Of a stretch of DNA of 60,393 nucleotides, positions 30,991 through 39,489 are shown in pieces. Below the pieces are notes generated by a model, which saw only the letters and a list, made by a program, of their open reading frames with translations, was not told where the DNA came from and did not search any database. A program made the translations under genes and the position numbers. Position 1 is the first letter of the stretch. Every line of letters starts with the position of its first letter. This DNA is from an uncultured virus (IMG/VR IMGVR_UViG_3300010296_000006) (lineage: Duplodnaviria > Heunggongvirae > Uroviricota > Caudoviricetes), in the IMG/VR virus record IMGVR_UViG_3300010296_000006. One strand, written 5' to 3'.

Positions 30991-31416
30991 ATGAGTTGGA
31001 CATACAAAGGCAAGAAGGTTGAATCAATACCTGACGAATACGAAGGCTTTGTATATCTGATTACAAACAAAAAGACAAAACAAAAGTATGTAGGCAAAAA
31101 ACTAGCAAGGTTTAAAACTACAAAGCCACCACTAAAAGGCAAAAAGAACAAACGTCGAGGCTACAAAGAAAGCGATTGGCGTGAATACTGGGGAAGTTCA
31201 GATAGACTGAACGAAGATGTAAAAACTTTAGGCGAAAAAAACTTTACTCGTGAAATACTTTACTACTGCAAAAGCAGAGCAGAGATGAGTTACATTGAAG
31301 CACGAGAACAGTTTGATAGGCGAGTATTAGAAACAGACGAATACTACAACGGTATCATCAATGTAAGAGTTGGTGGTTCACAAAAACTACGCCAGGCACT
31401 ACTAGAACACAAATAG
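30991..31416 (+). CDS. Stand-alone GIY-YIG nuclease domain protein
   Basis: GFVYLITN......YVGKK, YWGSS, F.REIL, conserved E and YYN. Catalytic domain only, with no DNA-binding tail. Confidence 0.8.
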   Translation: MSWTYKGKKVESIPDEYEGFVYLITNKKTKQKYVGKKLARFKTTKPPLKGKKNKRRGYKESDWREYWGSSDRLNEDVKTLGEKNFTREILYYCKSRAEMSYIEAREQFDRRVLETDEYYNGIINVRVGGSQKLRQALLEHK

Positions 31417-31419
31417 GCT

Positions 31420-31845
31420 ATATATTGAGCTTTGATTAAATCCAAGATCCAGCCGAGGTAATGCTCGTAGCCGGTGGTGTGGAATGCTCACGTGAAGAAG
31501 TATACGATAGGCTTTAAAGGAATGGGCTCTGAGAAAAAGCAACCCAAGGGTAAGTGTTTTCGCTTGTTAGGGAATAACTGCCTTCCGTTGATATGACGAA
31601 GCTAGAGTAGGGGGATACAGGTCAACCGCCTCCGACAACGAAAGTTGAATCTCTTTTAACAAGATGGCAGAAGCGACTCGAATGATGCTTAAACCATATT
31701 CGCCCGGCAACGGGCGAATTATGACTTCACAATCTGAATGATACTAAAAGCATATGCTTACGCACATGCCTTGTTTCTTACTAATCACAAATACATAATA
31801 TGTGTTGAGTGATAACGAAAACACAGATGAACGAAAGTTCATCTT
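31420..31845 (+). ncRNA. Candidate large structured non-coding element (~430 nt)
   Basis: No ORF, GC-richer than flanks. Many stems, GNRA loops (31636-47, 31698-31719, 31825-44) and loop-loop complementarities. Family not recognised. Confidence 0.6.
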
Positions 31846-31851
31846 AAATGC

Positions 31852-31858
31852 ATAAATA
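31852..31858 (+). promoter_or_regulatory. Putative late promoter ATAAATA
   Basis: Upstream of the 31887 ORF and its AAGGA RBS. Confidence 0.55.
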
Positions 31859-31886
31859 ATAGTGTTAGTTTTAAGGATATCTCACA

Positions 31887-32582
31887 ATGAAAGTCTATGC
31901 AATAGTAACTGAAGATGTAAATGAAGCACTTCCATTTACTCAAAAAGCAAAAATGATGAAGCAAGCTAAAAAAGCTGCTAAAGGTGCTACCAAAGATGAA
32001 GCACGTCAAATGGAAGTTGAATTACTAACTTATTTAAAAACATCACGACAAAATCCAACTGTAGATGCTGTACAAAAATATTTTGATCAAAAAGGTTTAG
32101 GTAATATTGCTGCACCGATTATGAAAAATTTCCAAACTAAAACAATGAAAAAAGCAGCAAGTAGCCAAGCACGTCAAGACAAAGCAAGAGCAGCTGGTCA
32201 AGCAGCAGCAAAACTAGGCGGACTAGCAAAACAAGGTGCATCAGCAGCAGGATCAGCTATTGGCAAAGCAGCAACAGCAGCTAAAAACATGAGCGGTGTA
32301 GTTCCTAAAAGTCAAATCGGTGGTCCAGCACCGATGTTTAAAAGTGTACGAGCAAACTCAAGTATGTATGAAGCTGAAGGTCAAGATGTACTAACTAAAG
32401 GCGAAGTACGTAATATTATTAATCAAGTAGTTGCTAAAGGTTACGGTGGTGCTGCTGGATTTGACAAAAGTAAGTTTGCTCAAGATGAACCAAAGGCAAC
32501 ATTTAAGTCTAGTCAAGTAGATCCTGAAACACAAGCAGCTATTGATAAACTTAAAGCAGCTGGATATAAAATTACAAAATAA
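31887..32582 (+). CDS. Basic Ala/Lys-rich hypothetical protein, possible internal head protein
   Basis: ORF track; late promoter; N-terminal MKVYAIVTE resembles a cleavable capsid-targeting leader (inference). Confidence 0.55.
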   Translation: MKVYAIVTEDVNEALPFTQKAKMMKQAKKAAKGATKDEARQMEVELLTYLKTSRQNPTVDAVQKYFDQKGLGNIAAPIMKNFQTKTMKKAASSQARQDKARAAGQAAAKLGGLAKQGASAAGSAIGKAATAAKNMSGVVPKSQIGGPAPMFKSVRANSSMYEAEGQDVLTKGEVRNIINQVVAKGYGGAAGFDKSKFAQDEPKATFKSSQVDPETQAAIDKLKAAGYKITK

Positions 32583-32813
32583 TTACCAAAACGGTTGATT
32601 TGTTTTCTTTGCAGTCTCTAGATTCTCATTGATAACTTTTCCAATGACTTCTCTGTCTTCGGGAGATGATTCAAATATTTCACTCATCGAAATGCTGCCT
32701 CGCATGTACCAACACATTTTAAACAAACTATGCTTGATTTGCTTAACCTCATTACCGAGTTTGTCTACTTCTCTAAGGATCTTGTCAAGAGGCCACGATA
32801 AGATCCTTATGCG
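32583..32813 (-). CDS. gp51-like extension reached by -1 frameshift from the gp26-like gene
   Basis: Open -1 frame RIRILSWPLDKILREVDKLGNEVKQIKHSLFKMCWYMRGSISMSEIFESSPEDREVIGKVINENLETAKKTNQPFW*. It begins right at the slippery T-TTT-TTC; the first ATG is 32 codons in. Confidence 0.7.
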   Translation of the reverse strand, partial: RIRILSWPLDKILREVDKLGNEVKQIKHSLFKMCWYMRGSISMSEIFESSPEDREVIGKVINENLETAKKTNQPFW

Positions 32814-33658
32814 AAAAAACTTGATTGGTCAAACGTAATAGGTATTGTAAAGTCTTTAGGCGCACCTGCTTTTTGATCTTCTTCTGAGAAAGTAGCTTTA
32901 AATGGTTGTACAGAAAACTTTTTTCTTTCAGTATCAACATGAGATATTATTGCTTTGTACACACCTGCATCTGCATTTTCTAAAAACTCATTTATATGTT
33001 CTTTGTTTGTAACTGGGTCATCATCACCAACTTGAATTGCGGCAACTGTGTTAAAGATTTGTGTTACATTAATATCAGTTAACTTGGAAAAACTTTCTGC
33101 AAACTTTGCAAGTTTTTCTGTTTCGCTCATGTTGTCATCATTAACTACTCTAAACAATCTTTGTTCTTCAAATGTTTTTAAAGCAGTTTCTGTAAACTTT
33201 TTATAGGTCAATGGATGCAACTCAAATGTAAACTCATTGTGGTGTACAATAGGATTGTATTGCTGTGAAAGCAATCCATCTAAAATAGGACGTAGATTAA
33301 TTTCAAATGTGCGTTCGTCATTCAACTCAGGCACATGAGTAGTTACTTCCATCATTTCGCCATATGTCGCTATACGCATAGCAAGTAAAATAGCATCAAT
33401 GTCGATACTCGGAATATTCCATGCATTTTTTATATTTGGAAGACAACTTTGTATAGTCTGCACTGTGCTTTCGCCATTAAGCAAAGCATCAGGAGTCTTG
33501 ATCATAATTTCATCTTTAGCAGTCATTGGCAAAACTGGATATTCTCCAGTCTCTATCTTTTCTAGAGATCCTGGAGCATAAAACATTCCTTGACTAGGCA
33601 AGTTAATATATATTTTTGCTTGTCTAAAATGTTTACTTAGTGGATTTGCATTTTGCAT
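32807..33658 (-). CDS. gp26: Baseplate hub assembly / tail assembly chaperone (gp26-like)
   Basis: YINLPSQG...PMTAKDE...SCLP...IDIDAILLAMRIATYGE...FDQSSFF*; adjacent to the tape measure gene. Confidence 0.75.
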   Translation of the reverse strand: MQNANPLSKHFRQAKIYINLPSQGMFYAPGSLEKIETGEYPVLPMTAKDEIMIKTPDALLNGESTVQTIQSCLPNIKNAWNIPSIDIDAILLAMRIATYGEMMEVTTHVPELNDERTFEINLRPILDGLLSQQYNPIVHHNEFTFELHPLTYKKFTETALKTFEEQRLFRVVNDDNMSETEKLAKFAESFSKLTDINVTQIFNTVAAIQVGDDDPVTNKEHINEFLENADAGVYKAIISHVDTERKKFSVQPFKATFSEEDQKAGAPKDFTIPITFDQSSFFA

Positions 33659-33671
33659 TGGTTTTCTCCGG

Positions 33672-33720
33672 ATAAATACATTATATAACTATATATCCTT
33701 ATAGTTAACTACGTATTTAA
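33672..33720. promoter_or_regulatory. Pair of late-type promoters for the divergent gp26-like and tape-measure genes
   Basis: ATAAATA at 33672-78 on +, TTAAATA at 33714-20 on -. Confidence 0.45.
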
Positions 33721-33734
33721 CGATTTGAGATTGA

Positions 33735-36692
33735 ATGGCAGACGAAGTTGAAATTATTAATGTAGGCGGACGTAATGGTGTTGCAAGTGAAGCAACACTA
33801 GACTTACTACTACGAGAGTTCCAAAAAAAATCCAGTAATAATAGCCAAGCAGCAAGAGATGCTGCAAGACTTCAAGCTCTGCATAATAAAGCAGTAAAGG
33901 ACAGTACAACTGCGTTTGGAAAACTTAAAGATGCAACTGACGATCTTTCTAAAAGTTTTATAGGTCGTGTAGGAAAACAAGCAATATATGCTGGTGACAG
34001 GTTAGGAGACTTTGCTGAAGCAGCATTTGGTGCATCAAGTATACTTACAAGTATCGTTAGATACGGCGATGACACTATTGATACACTAAGAGGATTAACC
34101 AGTGTAGGTGCAAGTTTCAACAACAGCATGTTTGATATGATAGCTGCTAGTGCTAATAGTGCAATGAACATGGAAGATTTTGCTTCTTTAGTTCAAAACA
34201 ACGCTACAACTTTAGCAACATTTGGTGCTAATGTAACCAGTGGAACACGATTATTAGGACAGTTTAGCAAAGACTTTAGACGAGGTGTTGGTAATGATTT
34301 GTTTTCAATGGGATTTACTATTGCAGATGTCAATGAAGGCTTAATAGGATTTTTAGATCTTGAGCGTAGAAGATCTAACGCTTCTTTAAGAACTGACAGA
34401 TTATCTCAAGAAGCTGCAATGGCATACGTTTTAGAACTTGATAAGTTGACAAAACTTACAGGCGAAGAACGTGAACAGGTTGCCGAAAGACTTGCAATGC
34501 AAGTACAAGATGCTGGTGTTAGAGCTCAAGTCAATAGACTAGAAGGTCAAGCAAGAGCTAATCTTCAATCTAACATTGCATTCCTTGACAGTCAACTTTC
34601 AGGACCATTAGCTGATGCACTTATGGATTTAACAGATGGAGTTGCTCAAACTGACGTTGGTAAAGCATTAGCAAACCAAGTGCCTGGTATAACAGAGTTT
34701 GCTAGAAGAATGTTCAATGGTCAAGTAGGACTTGACGAAATGACTAGTGTATTGTTAGATCAAGTACAACCTGCACTTGAAAACTTTTCAACAACTACAG
34801 GAAAAGCAACATTAGATCAACTTAGAGGCAGTGGTGGTGTTGTTGGCGGAATGGTATCACTTGCAGATCAACTGTTTAGAATTAATCAACTACAAGATAG
34901 AAATGCTGGATTATCTGCAGAAGAACAAGCAAAAAGAGATAAAGTAACATCTACTTTAGGCGGCTTTGAACAAGCAATTACTGATGTTAGAAAAACAGTA
35001 GTAGATGCATTCCTTGATGCATCTACAGCAGCTGACGGATTGTTTGATAGTTTTGGCGAACTTATGACCACGATTGGAAATATTATTGCGCCAGAAGGAG
35101 TTGATGGAAGTATTCCTAGTTTTCAAACTAGTTTGAAAAACTTTATGACAGGTGCATTTGGCGAAGAAGGTTATGTAACAAAACTTGTTAGCACAATCAA
35201 TACTACGCTTGCTGGAATAGATTGGGATGCAACATTTTTGTATATAGAAACTAAGTTTAATGAGTTTACAGGCTGGCTTGATGGACTATTACAAGTTTAT
35301 AAGGCTGAAGGCTTTGGTGCAGCATTAGAACAAGCAGGCACTGATATAGTTAATACTCTACTCGACTTTTTCCTTGGAAAAATGCAAAATGTAGGTGGCG
35401 TTGGTCCTGATGCTGAATATAAAAGAGTAGGTGGTTTGTTTGCAGGAATGTACGATAGTATAATTTCTTTTATGGACGGAACTGGTGTATCTGACTTTAT
35501 GCAACGTGTCTATGATACTATTTACGAATTCTTATTTAATCAAGATTCTAACGGTAAAACAAAAATGCAAACTTTTTTAAGCACTGTATATAACAATATC
35601 TACGGATTCTTGTTTGAAGAAGACGCCAGCGGTAAAACAAAAATGGAATCATTTTTAAGCACTGCATATGATTCTGTATGGGATTTTTTCTTTCCACAAA
35701 CACAGACACAAGGACCTACCTTTTTTCAAAAAGTAGAAACAAAACTAAACGAACTTTTATTTCCTAATGCTCTATCAACTAAAAGTTTTGTAGATAATGT
35801 TGTTGAATACCTAAACAAGTTTATATACGGAACCAACAGTAGGCCAGACGGTACGGGTCGTATGACTGGAGGTATATTGTCTGGTATATCTGATGCAACT
35901 AACCGACTTCTAGAAGATAGTAGAGAAACATTAGTTTCATTGGCAGATACTATCAGTAACACTATACTCACAGTGTTTAATGAAAGAATACCAGAACTTA
36001 TGGCTACTATTATAAACAGTGCGAAAAGTATATTAGGTGGTGGAAATGCAACTGTAAGCAGTATAGAAACTGGTGCCCCTATTGCAGGTAATCTTACAGC
36101 CGCAATTGCTCAGTCATTAGGATCTGATGCATTTTCGGCTAGGATTGATCCTTTAGCGTTTTACGGACAAATGCAACGAGCAGGCGGTATTGTTGGACTT
36201 TCGGAACTGGATGACAGGTACCAAACCAGAGGGTATCTAAACACTGTTTACGGAGAACTACAAGGACAAGGTTTAACATCAGACGATGCAAAACAACAAA
36301 TACGTGACTCATTAAGAAAATTTATAACAGATAACTATAACGATACAGCAAGAGCAATGATGCTAGAATATTTAGAAGGTCCATTAGCAGGATTTATAAA
36401 TGAACTACCTGCTTATAATATAGGTACAAATGGTTTTCAAAACTTTGGTGCCGGTACACCTGTAATGGTTCACAATGAAGAAGCCATTGTACCTAAAAAC
36501 AGTCCTGCTGGTCAAATGTTAGAATCTTATTATAGTGGCAGTCAAGATCAAGTATCAATCAAGATAGATCAGTTAAATACTACTATGATGCAAGTGGTAA
36601 AACTTTTAGCTGCTGGTAATCAAATAAGCGAAAAAACTGCAAAAGGATTGAGGGGTATGACTACAGATTTTTATAGAGGAGCAAGGGTATGA
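33735..36692 (+). CDS. Tape measure protein
   Basis: 985-aa helical Ala/Gly/Leu-rich protein with aromatic periodic repeats and C-terminal GTPVMVHNEEAIVP; next to the chaperone gene. Confidence 0.75.
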   Translation: MADEVEIINVGGRNGVASEATLDLLLREFQKKSSNNSQAARDAARLQALHNKAVKDSTTAFGKLKDATDDLSKSFIGRVGKQAIYAGDRLGDFAEAAFGASSILTSIVRYGDDTIDTLRGLTSVGASFNNSMFDMIAASANSAMNMEDFASLVQNNATTLATFGANVTSGTRLLGQFSKDFRRGVGNDLFSMGFTIADVNEGLIGFLDLERRRSNASLRTDRLSQEAAMAYVLELDKLTKLTGEEREQVAERLAMQVQDAGVRAQVNRLEGQARANLQSNIAFLDSQLSGPLADALMDLTDGVAQTDVGKALANQVPGITEFARRMFNGQVGLDEMTSVLLDQVQPALENFSTTTGKATLDQLRGSGGVVGGMVSLADQLFRINQLQDRNAGLSAEEQAKRDKVTSTLGGFEQAITDVRKTVVDAFLDASTAADGLFDSFGELMTTIGNIIAPEGVDGSIPSFQTSLKNFMTGAFGEEGYVTKLVSTINTTLAGIDWDATFLYIETKFNEFTGWLDGLLQVYKAEGFGAALEQAGTDIVNTLLDFFLGKMQNVGGVGPDAEYKRVGGLFAGMYDSIISFMDGTGVSDFMQRVYDTIYEFLFNQDSNGKTKMQTFLSTVYNNIYGFLFEEDASGKTKMESFLSTAYDSVWDFFFPQTQTQGPTFFQKVETKLNELLFPNALSTKSFVDNVVEYLNKFIYGTNSRPDGTGRMTGGILSGISDATNRLLEDSRETLVSLADTISNTILTVFNERIPELMATIINSAKSILGGGNATVSSIETGAPIAGNLTAAIAQSLGSDAFSARIDPLAFYGQMQRAGGIVGLSELDDRYQTRGYLNTVYGELQGQGLTSDDAKQQIRDSLRKFITDNYNDTARAMMLEYLEGPLAGFINELPAYNIGTNGFQNFGAGTPVMVHNEEAIVPKNSPAGQMLESYYSGSQDQVSIKIDQLNTTMMQVVKLLAAGNQISEKTAKGLRGMTTDFYRGARV

Positions 36693-38407
36693 GCTGGAAA
36701 AAACATTTTACGCCTGTTCCTACAAATATGAATACTACTGGAAGTTATTCTCCATTTTCGTTCAGTCGTGGAACAGGAGTTGGTCCAGCAGCAGCAAACT
36801 ATAGCAGCCACTTGCCTGATGTTTATGTTGGTTCACCAAACCGTATTGAACGTTACGGTCAATACAATACCATGGACAACGATTCAGAAGTTAATGCTGC
36901 ACTTGATATACTTGCTGAGTTTTGTTCACAAAAAAACAAAGAAAATCAAACTCCTTTTAAAATAAAATTTAATACTTCTCCAACTAACTCTGAAGTTCAA
37001 ATCATTGGACAATATTTAAAACAATGGTGTAAAATACAAGAGTTTGAAAAAAGAATTTTTAAAATCATTAGAAATACTTTCAAGTACGGTGACCAGTTTT
37101 TTATTAGAGACCCAGAAACAAAAAAATGGTTTCATGTTGATCCTGCTAATGTAACAAAGATTATTGTTAATGAAAGTGAAGGCAAACGTCCAGAACAATT
37201 TATAATCAAAGATTTAAACATTGCTTATGAAGGATTAAGCGCAACTAAAATCAATACCAATAACGCATATGGTCCTGGAGGTAACCAACCGGGTTATCAA
37301 ACACTTGATCAAAAATATATGACAGGAAAAACTCCAGACGCAGGCACAAGTCGTTGGGGTAACGAATCAAACGAAACAGCAGTTGATGCCAATCATATGG
37401 TTCATTTGTCAATGAGTGAAGGACTTGATCAAAACTATCCATTTGGCAACAGTTTGCTTGAAAGCATTTTCAAAGTTTACAAACAAAAAGAATTATTAGA
37501 AGATGCGATTATTATCTATCGTGTCCAACGTGCGCCAGAGCGCAGAGTATTCTACGTTGATGTGGGTAACATGCCAAGTCACTTGGCAATGCAGTTTGTT
37601 GAGCGTGTTAAGACGGAAATACATCAAAGACGTATTCCATCCAAGACAGGTGGTGGACAAACAGTTGTGGACAGCAGTTATAACCCGCTATCAATCAACG
37701 AAGACTACTTCTTTCCTCAAACTGCTGAAGGCCGCGGCAGTAAGGTTGAAACACTACCAGGCGGAACAAATCTGGGAGAGATTGATGACCTTAAATACTT
37801 CACTAATAAGTTGCTACGCGGCTTACGTATCCCTAGTTCGTACCTACCAACTGGAGCAGATGATTCAGCTTCACAATACAATGATGGACGTGTGGGGACC
37901 GCTTATATTCAAGAACTACGTTTCAACAATTATTGCGAACGTTTGCAAAGTTTGATTACTGAGGTTTTTAACAGAGAGTTTAAACTTTATCTAAATCAAA
38001 AAGGTTTAAATGTTGATGTTGCAATGTTTGATTTAGCATTACAACCACCTCAAAACTTTGCGAGTTATCGTCAAGCAGAACTTGACAATAATAGAATCTC
38101 AACATTTGCTCAAATGCAACAAATTCCTTTCATTTCTAATCGTTTTGCTTTACAACGTTTCTTAGGATTGAGCAAAGAGGAGATTGCAGAAAACGAAAAA
38201 CTATGGAGAGAAGAAAACGACGAGCTGTTACAAGTTCCTGGCGATGACGCAGCAAGTCAACTTAGAGATGCTGGCATTTCTGGAAGTGATATAAGTGCTG
38301 ATACAGAAAATGCACAAGGAGACGAAATCACTGGAGACGAAGATGTTGCAGCCGGAGATGAAACGTCAGTAGTAGGAGGAGGTGCTGAAGTACAACCTAC
38401 AGCATAA
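36689..38407 (+). CDS. gp20: Portal protein
   Basis: LLEDAIIIYRVQRAPERRVFYVDVGNMP, EDYFFP...GRGSKVETLPGG. Confidence 0.95.
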   Translation: MSWKKHFTPVPTNMNTTGSYSPFSFSRGTGVGPAAANYSSHLPDVYVGSPNRIERYGQYNTMDNDSEVNAALDILAEFCSQKNKENQTPFKIKFNTSPTNSEVQIIGQYLKQWCKIQEFEKRIFKIIRNTFKYGDQFFIRDPETKKWFHVDPANVTKIIVNESEGKRPEQFIIKDLNIAYEGLSATKINTNNAYGPGGNQPGYQTLDQKYMTGKTPDAGTSRWGNESNETAVDANHMVHLSMSEGLDQNYPFGNSLLESIFKVYKQKELLEDAIIIYRVQRAPERRVFYVDVGNMPSHLAMQFVERVKTEIHQRRIPSKTGGGQTVVDSSYNPLSINEDYFFPQTAEGRGSKVETLPGGTNLGEIDDLKYFTNKLLRGLRIPSSYLPTGADDSASQYNDGRVGTAYIQELRFNNYCERLQSLITEVFNREFKLYLNQKGLNVDVAMFDLALQPPQNFASYRQAELDNNRISTFAQMQQIPFISNRFALQRFLGLSKEEIAENEKLWREENDELLQVPGDDAASQLRDAGISGSDISADTENAQGDEITGDEDVAAGDETSVVGGGAEVQPTA

Positions 38408-38414
38408 ATACATT

Positions 38415-38663
38415 ATGATTTTACGAGAAATATATTACTTTGATAAAGAAACAATGGAACCAGTTGAAGATCAGCGTTATAACGCTGAGGACGATGAATC
38501 AATTGTAAAAATCGATGATACACGTAAAACTAGACTTACTCTAAAAGATATCAATAAAGCACGTAGGGCTGATGATATGCACAGAAAAGAGGCGCAAAAA
38601 GATTTAGTGCATATTAGACAAATGTATGGTATTGCAGCACAGCAACCAGAGGAAACAGTGTAG
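38415..38663 (+). CDS. Small conserved head-module protein
   Basis: Likely start is ATG 38415 (MILREIYY), 4 nt after ATAAATA (38404-10). Motif DTRKTRLTL..IN..R...MYG. Confidence 0.65.
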   Translation: MILREIYYFDKETMEPVEDQRYNAEDDESIVKIDDTRKTRLTLKDINKARRADDMHRKEAQKDLVHIRQMYGIAAQQPEETV

Positions 38664-38672
38664 GAGTATCAT

Positions 38673-39392
38673 TTGGTTAAAAAATATATACCTGGCGAAA
38701 CCAAAGAACAACGAAAAGCCAGGAAGCGCCTAGAAAAAGCCCGTTTAGAACAAAAAGAAATACAAGAAATAGCAGAACGTCCTAGTATGATTATCGGACG
38801 CACAGCATTTGTGTTGGGTAACGGAACTAGTAGAGAAGAAATAGATCCTGTATTTCTTAGACCGCATGGAAGAATATATGGGTGTAATGCATTGTATAGA
38901 ACATTTAACCCAGATTATTTAATAGCAGTTGATACAAAAATGATTCGTGAGATAACACAAAAAAACTTTCATTTACAGCATGGAAATGTATGGACTAACC
39001 CAAACAAATATACTAGAAGTATTCCAGGTTTAAATCTATTTAACCCTAACTTGGGATGGAGCAGTGGCCCGACTGCACTAAACTTAGCAAGTAAACACGA
39101 AAATGATATTATATACATTTTAGGATTTGATTACGAAGGCATTGGTAATAAAAAAGAACTTGTAAACAATCTTTATGCAGGAACAGAAAATTATAAAAAT
39201 AAAAACGATAAAGCAACATATTTTGGTAACTGGTCTCGTCAAACTATGACAGTATTAAAACAAAATTCTAATACTAAATATATCAGAGTTGTAAGAGATA
39301 AGGATTATTTTTTACCAGAAACTTTACAAGGAATACCAAATCTAGAGCATGTAACAGTAAAAGATTTTAAAAAAACATTCAGTATTTCTTAA
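38673..39392 (+). CDS. MptE/DUF115 (Maf)/sialyltransferase-like fold protein
   Basis: AFVLGNGTSR, IYGCNALY, PDYLIAVD, SSGPTAL..A, IYILGFD. TTG start with AGGAG. Confidence 0.6.
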   Translation: MVKKYIPGETKEQRKARKRLEKARLEQKEIQEIAERPSMIIGRTAFVLGNGTSREEIDPVFLRPHGRIYGCNALYRTFNPDYLIAVDTKMIREITQKNFHLQHGNVWTNPNKYTRSIPGLNLFNPNLGWSSGPTALNLASKHENDIIYILGFDYEGIGNKKELVNNLYAGTENYKNKNDKATYFGNWSRQTMTVLKQNSNTKYIRVVRDKDYFLPETLQGIPNLEHVTVKDFKKTFSIS

Positions 39393-39398
39393 TCTACA

Positions 39399-39429
39399 TA
39401 GAAAATGAGCTCAAACGAGCCCATTTCTA
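39399..39429. other. Intergenic hairpin preceding a GTAAATA late motif (39450-56)
   Basis: TAGAAAATGAGCTC-aaac-GAGCCCATTTCTA imperfect inverted repeat. Confidence 0.4.
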
Positions 39430-39489
39430 CGTATATTTTCCTAAAAAGTGTAAATATAATAGACAGCCTTGACAATAAAGGAGAATGAC

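Noticed and set aside
30991..31416. GIY-YIG gene as a mobile homing endonuclease
   Set aside because: Lacks the C-terminal DNA-binding modules and does not interrupt a gene; treated as a resident nuclease.
31449..31474. AGC plus 2-nt bulge hairpin resembling group II intron domain V
   Set aside because: Triad-to-bulge spacing is wrong, flanking genes are uninterrupted and there is no reverse transcriptase.
31680..31743. Box C/D-like words (ATGATG...CTGA) suggesting a TIGR or snoRNA-like unit
   Set aside because: Single occurrence, imperfect box C, no periodic array and no Nop-domain gene in the window.
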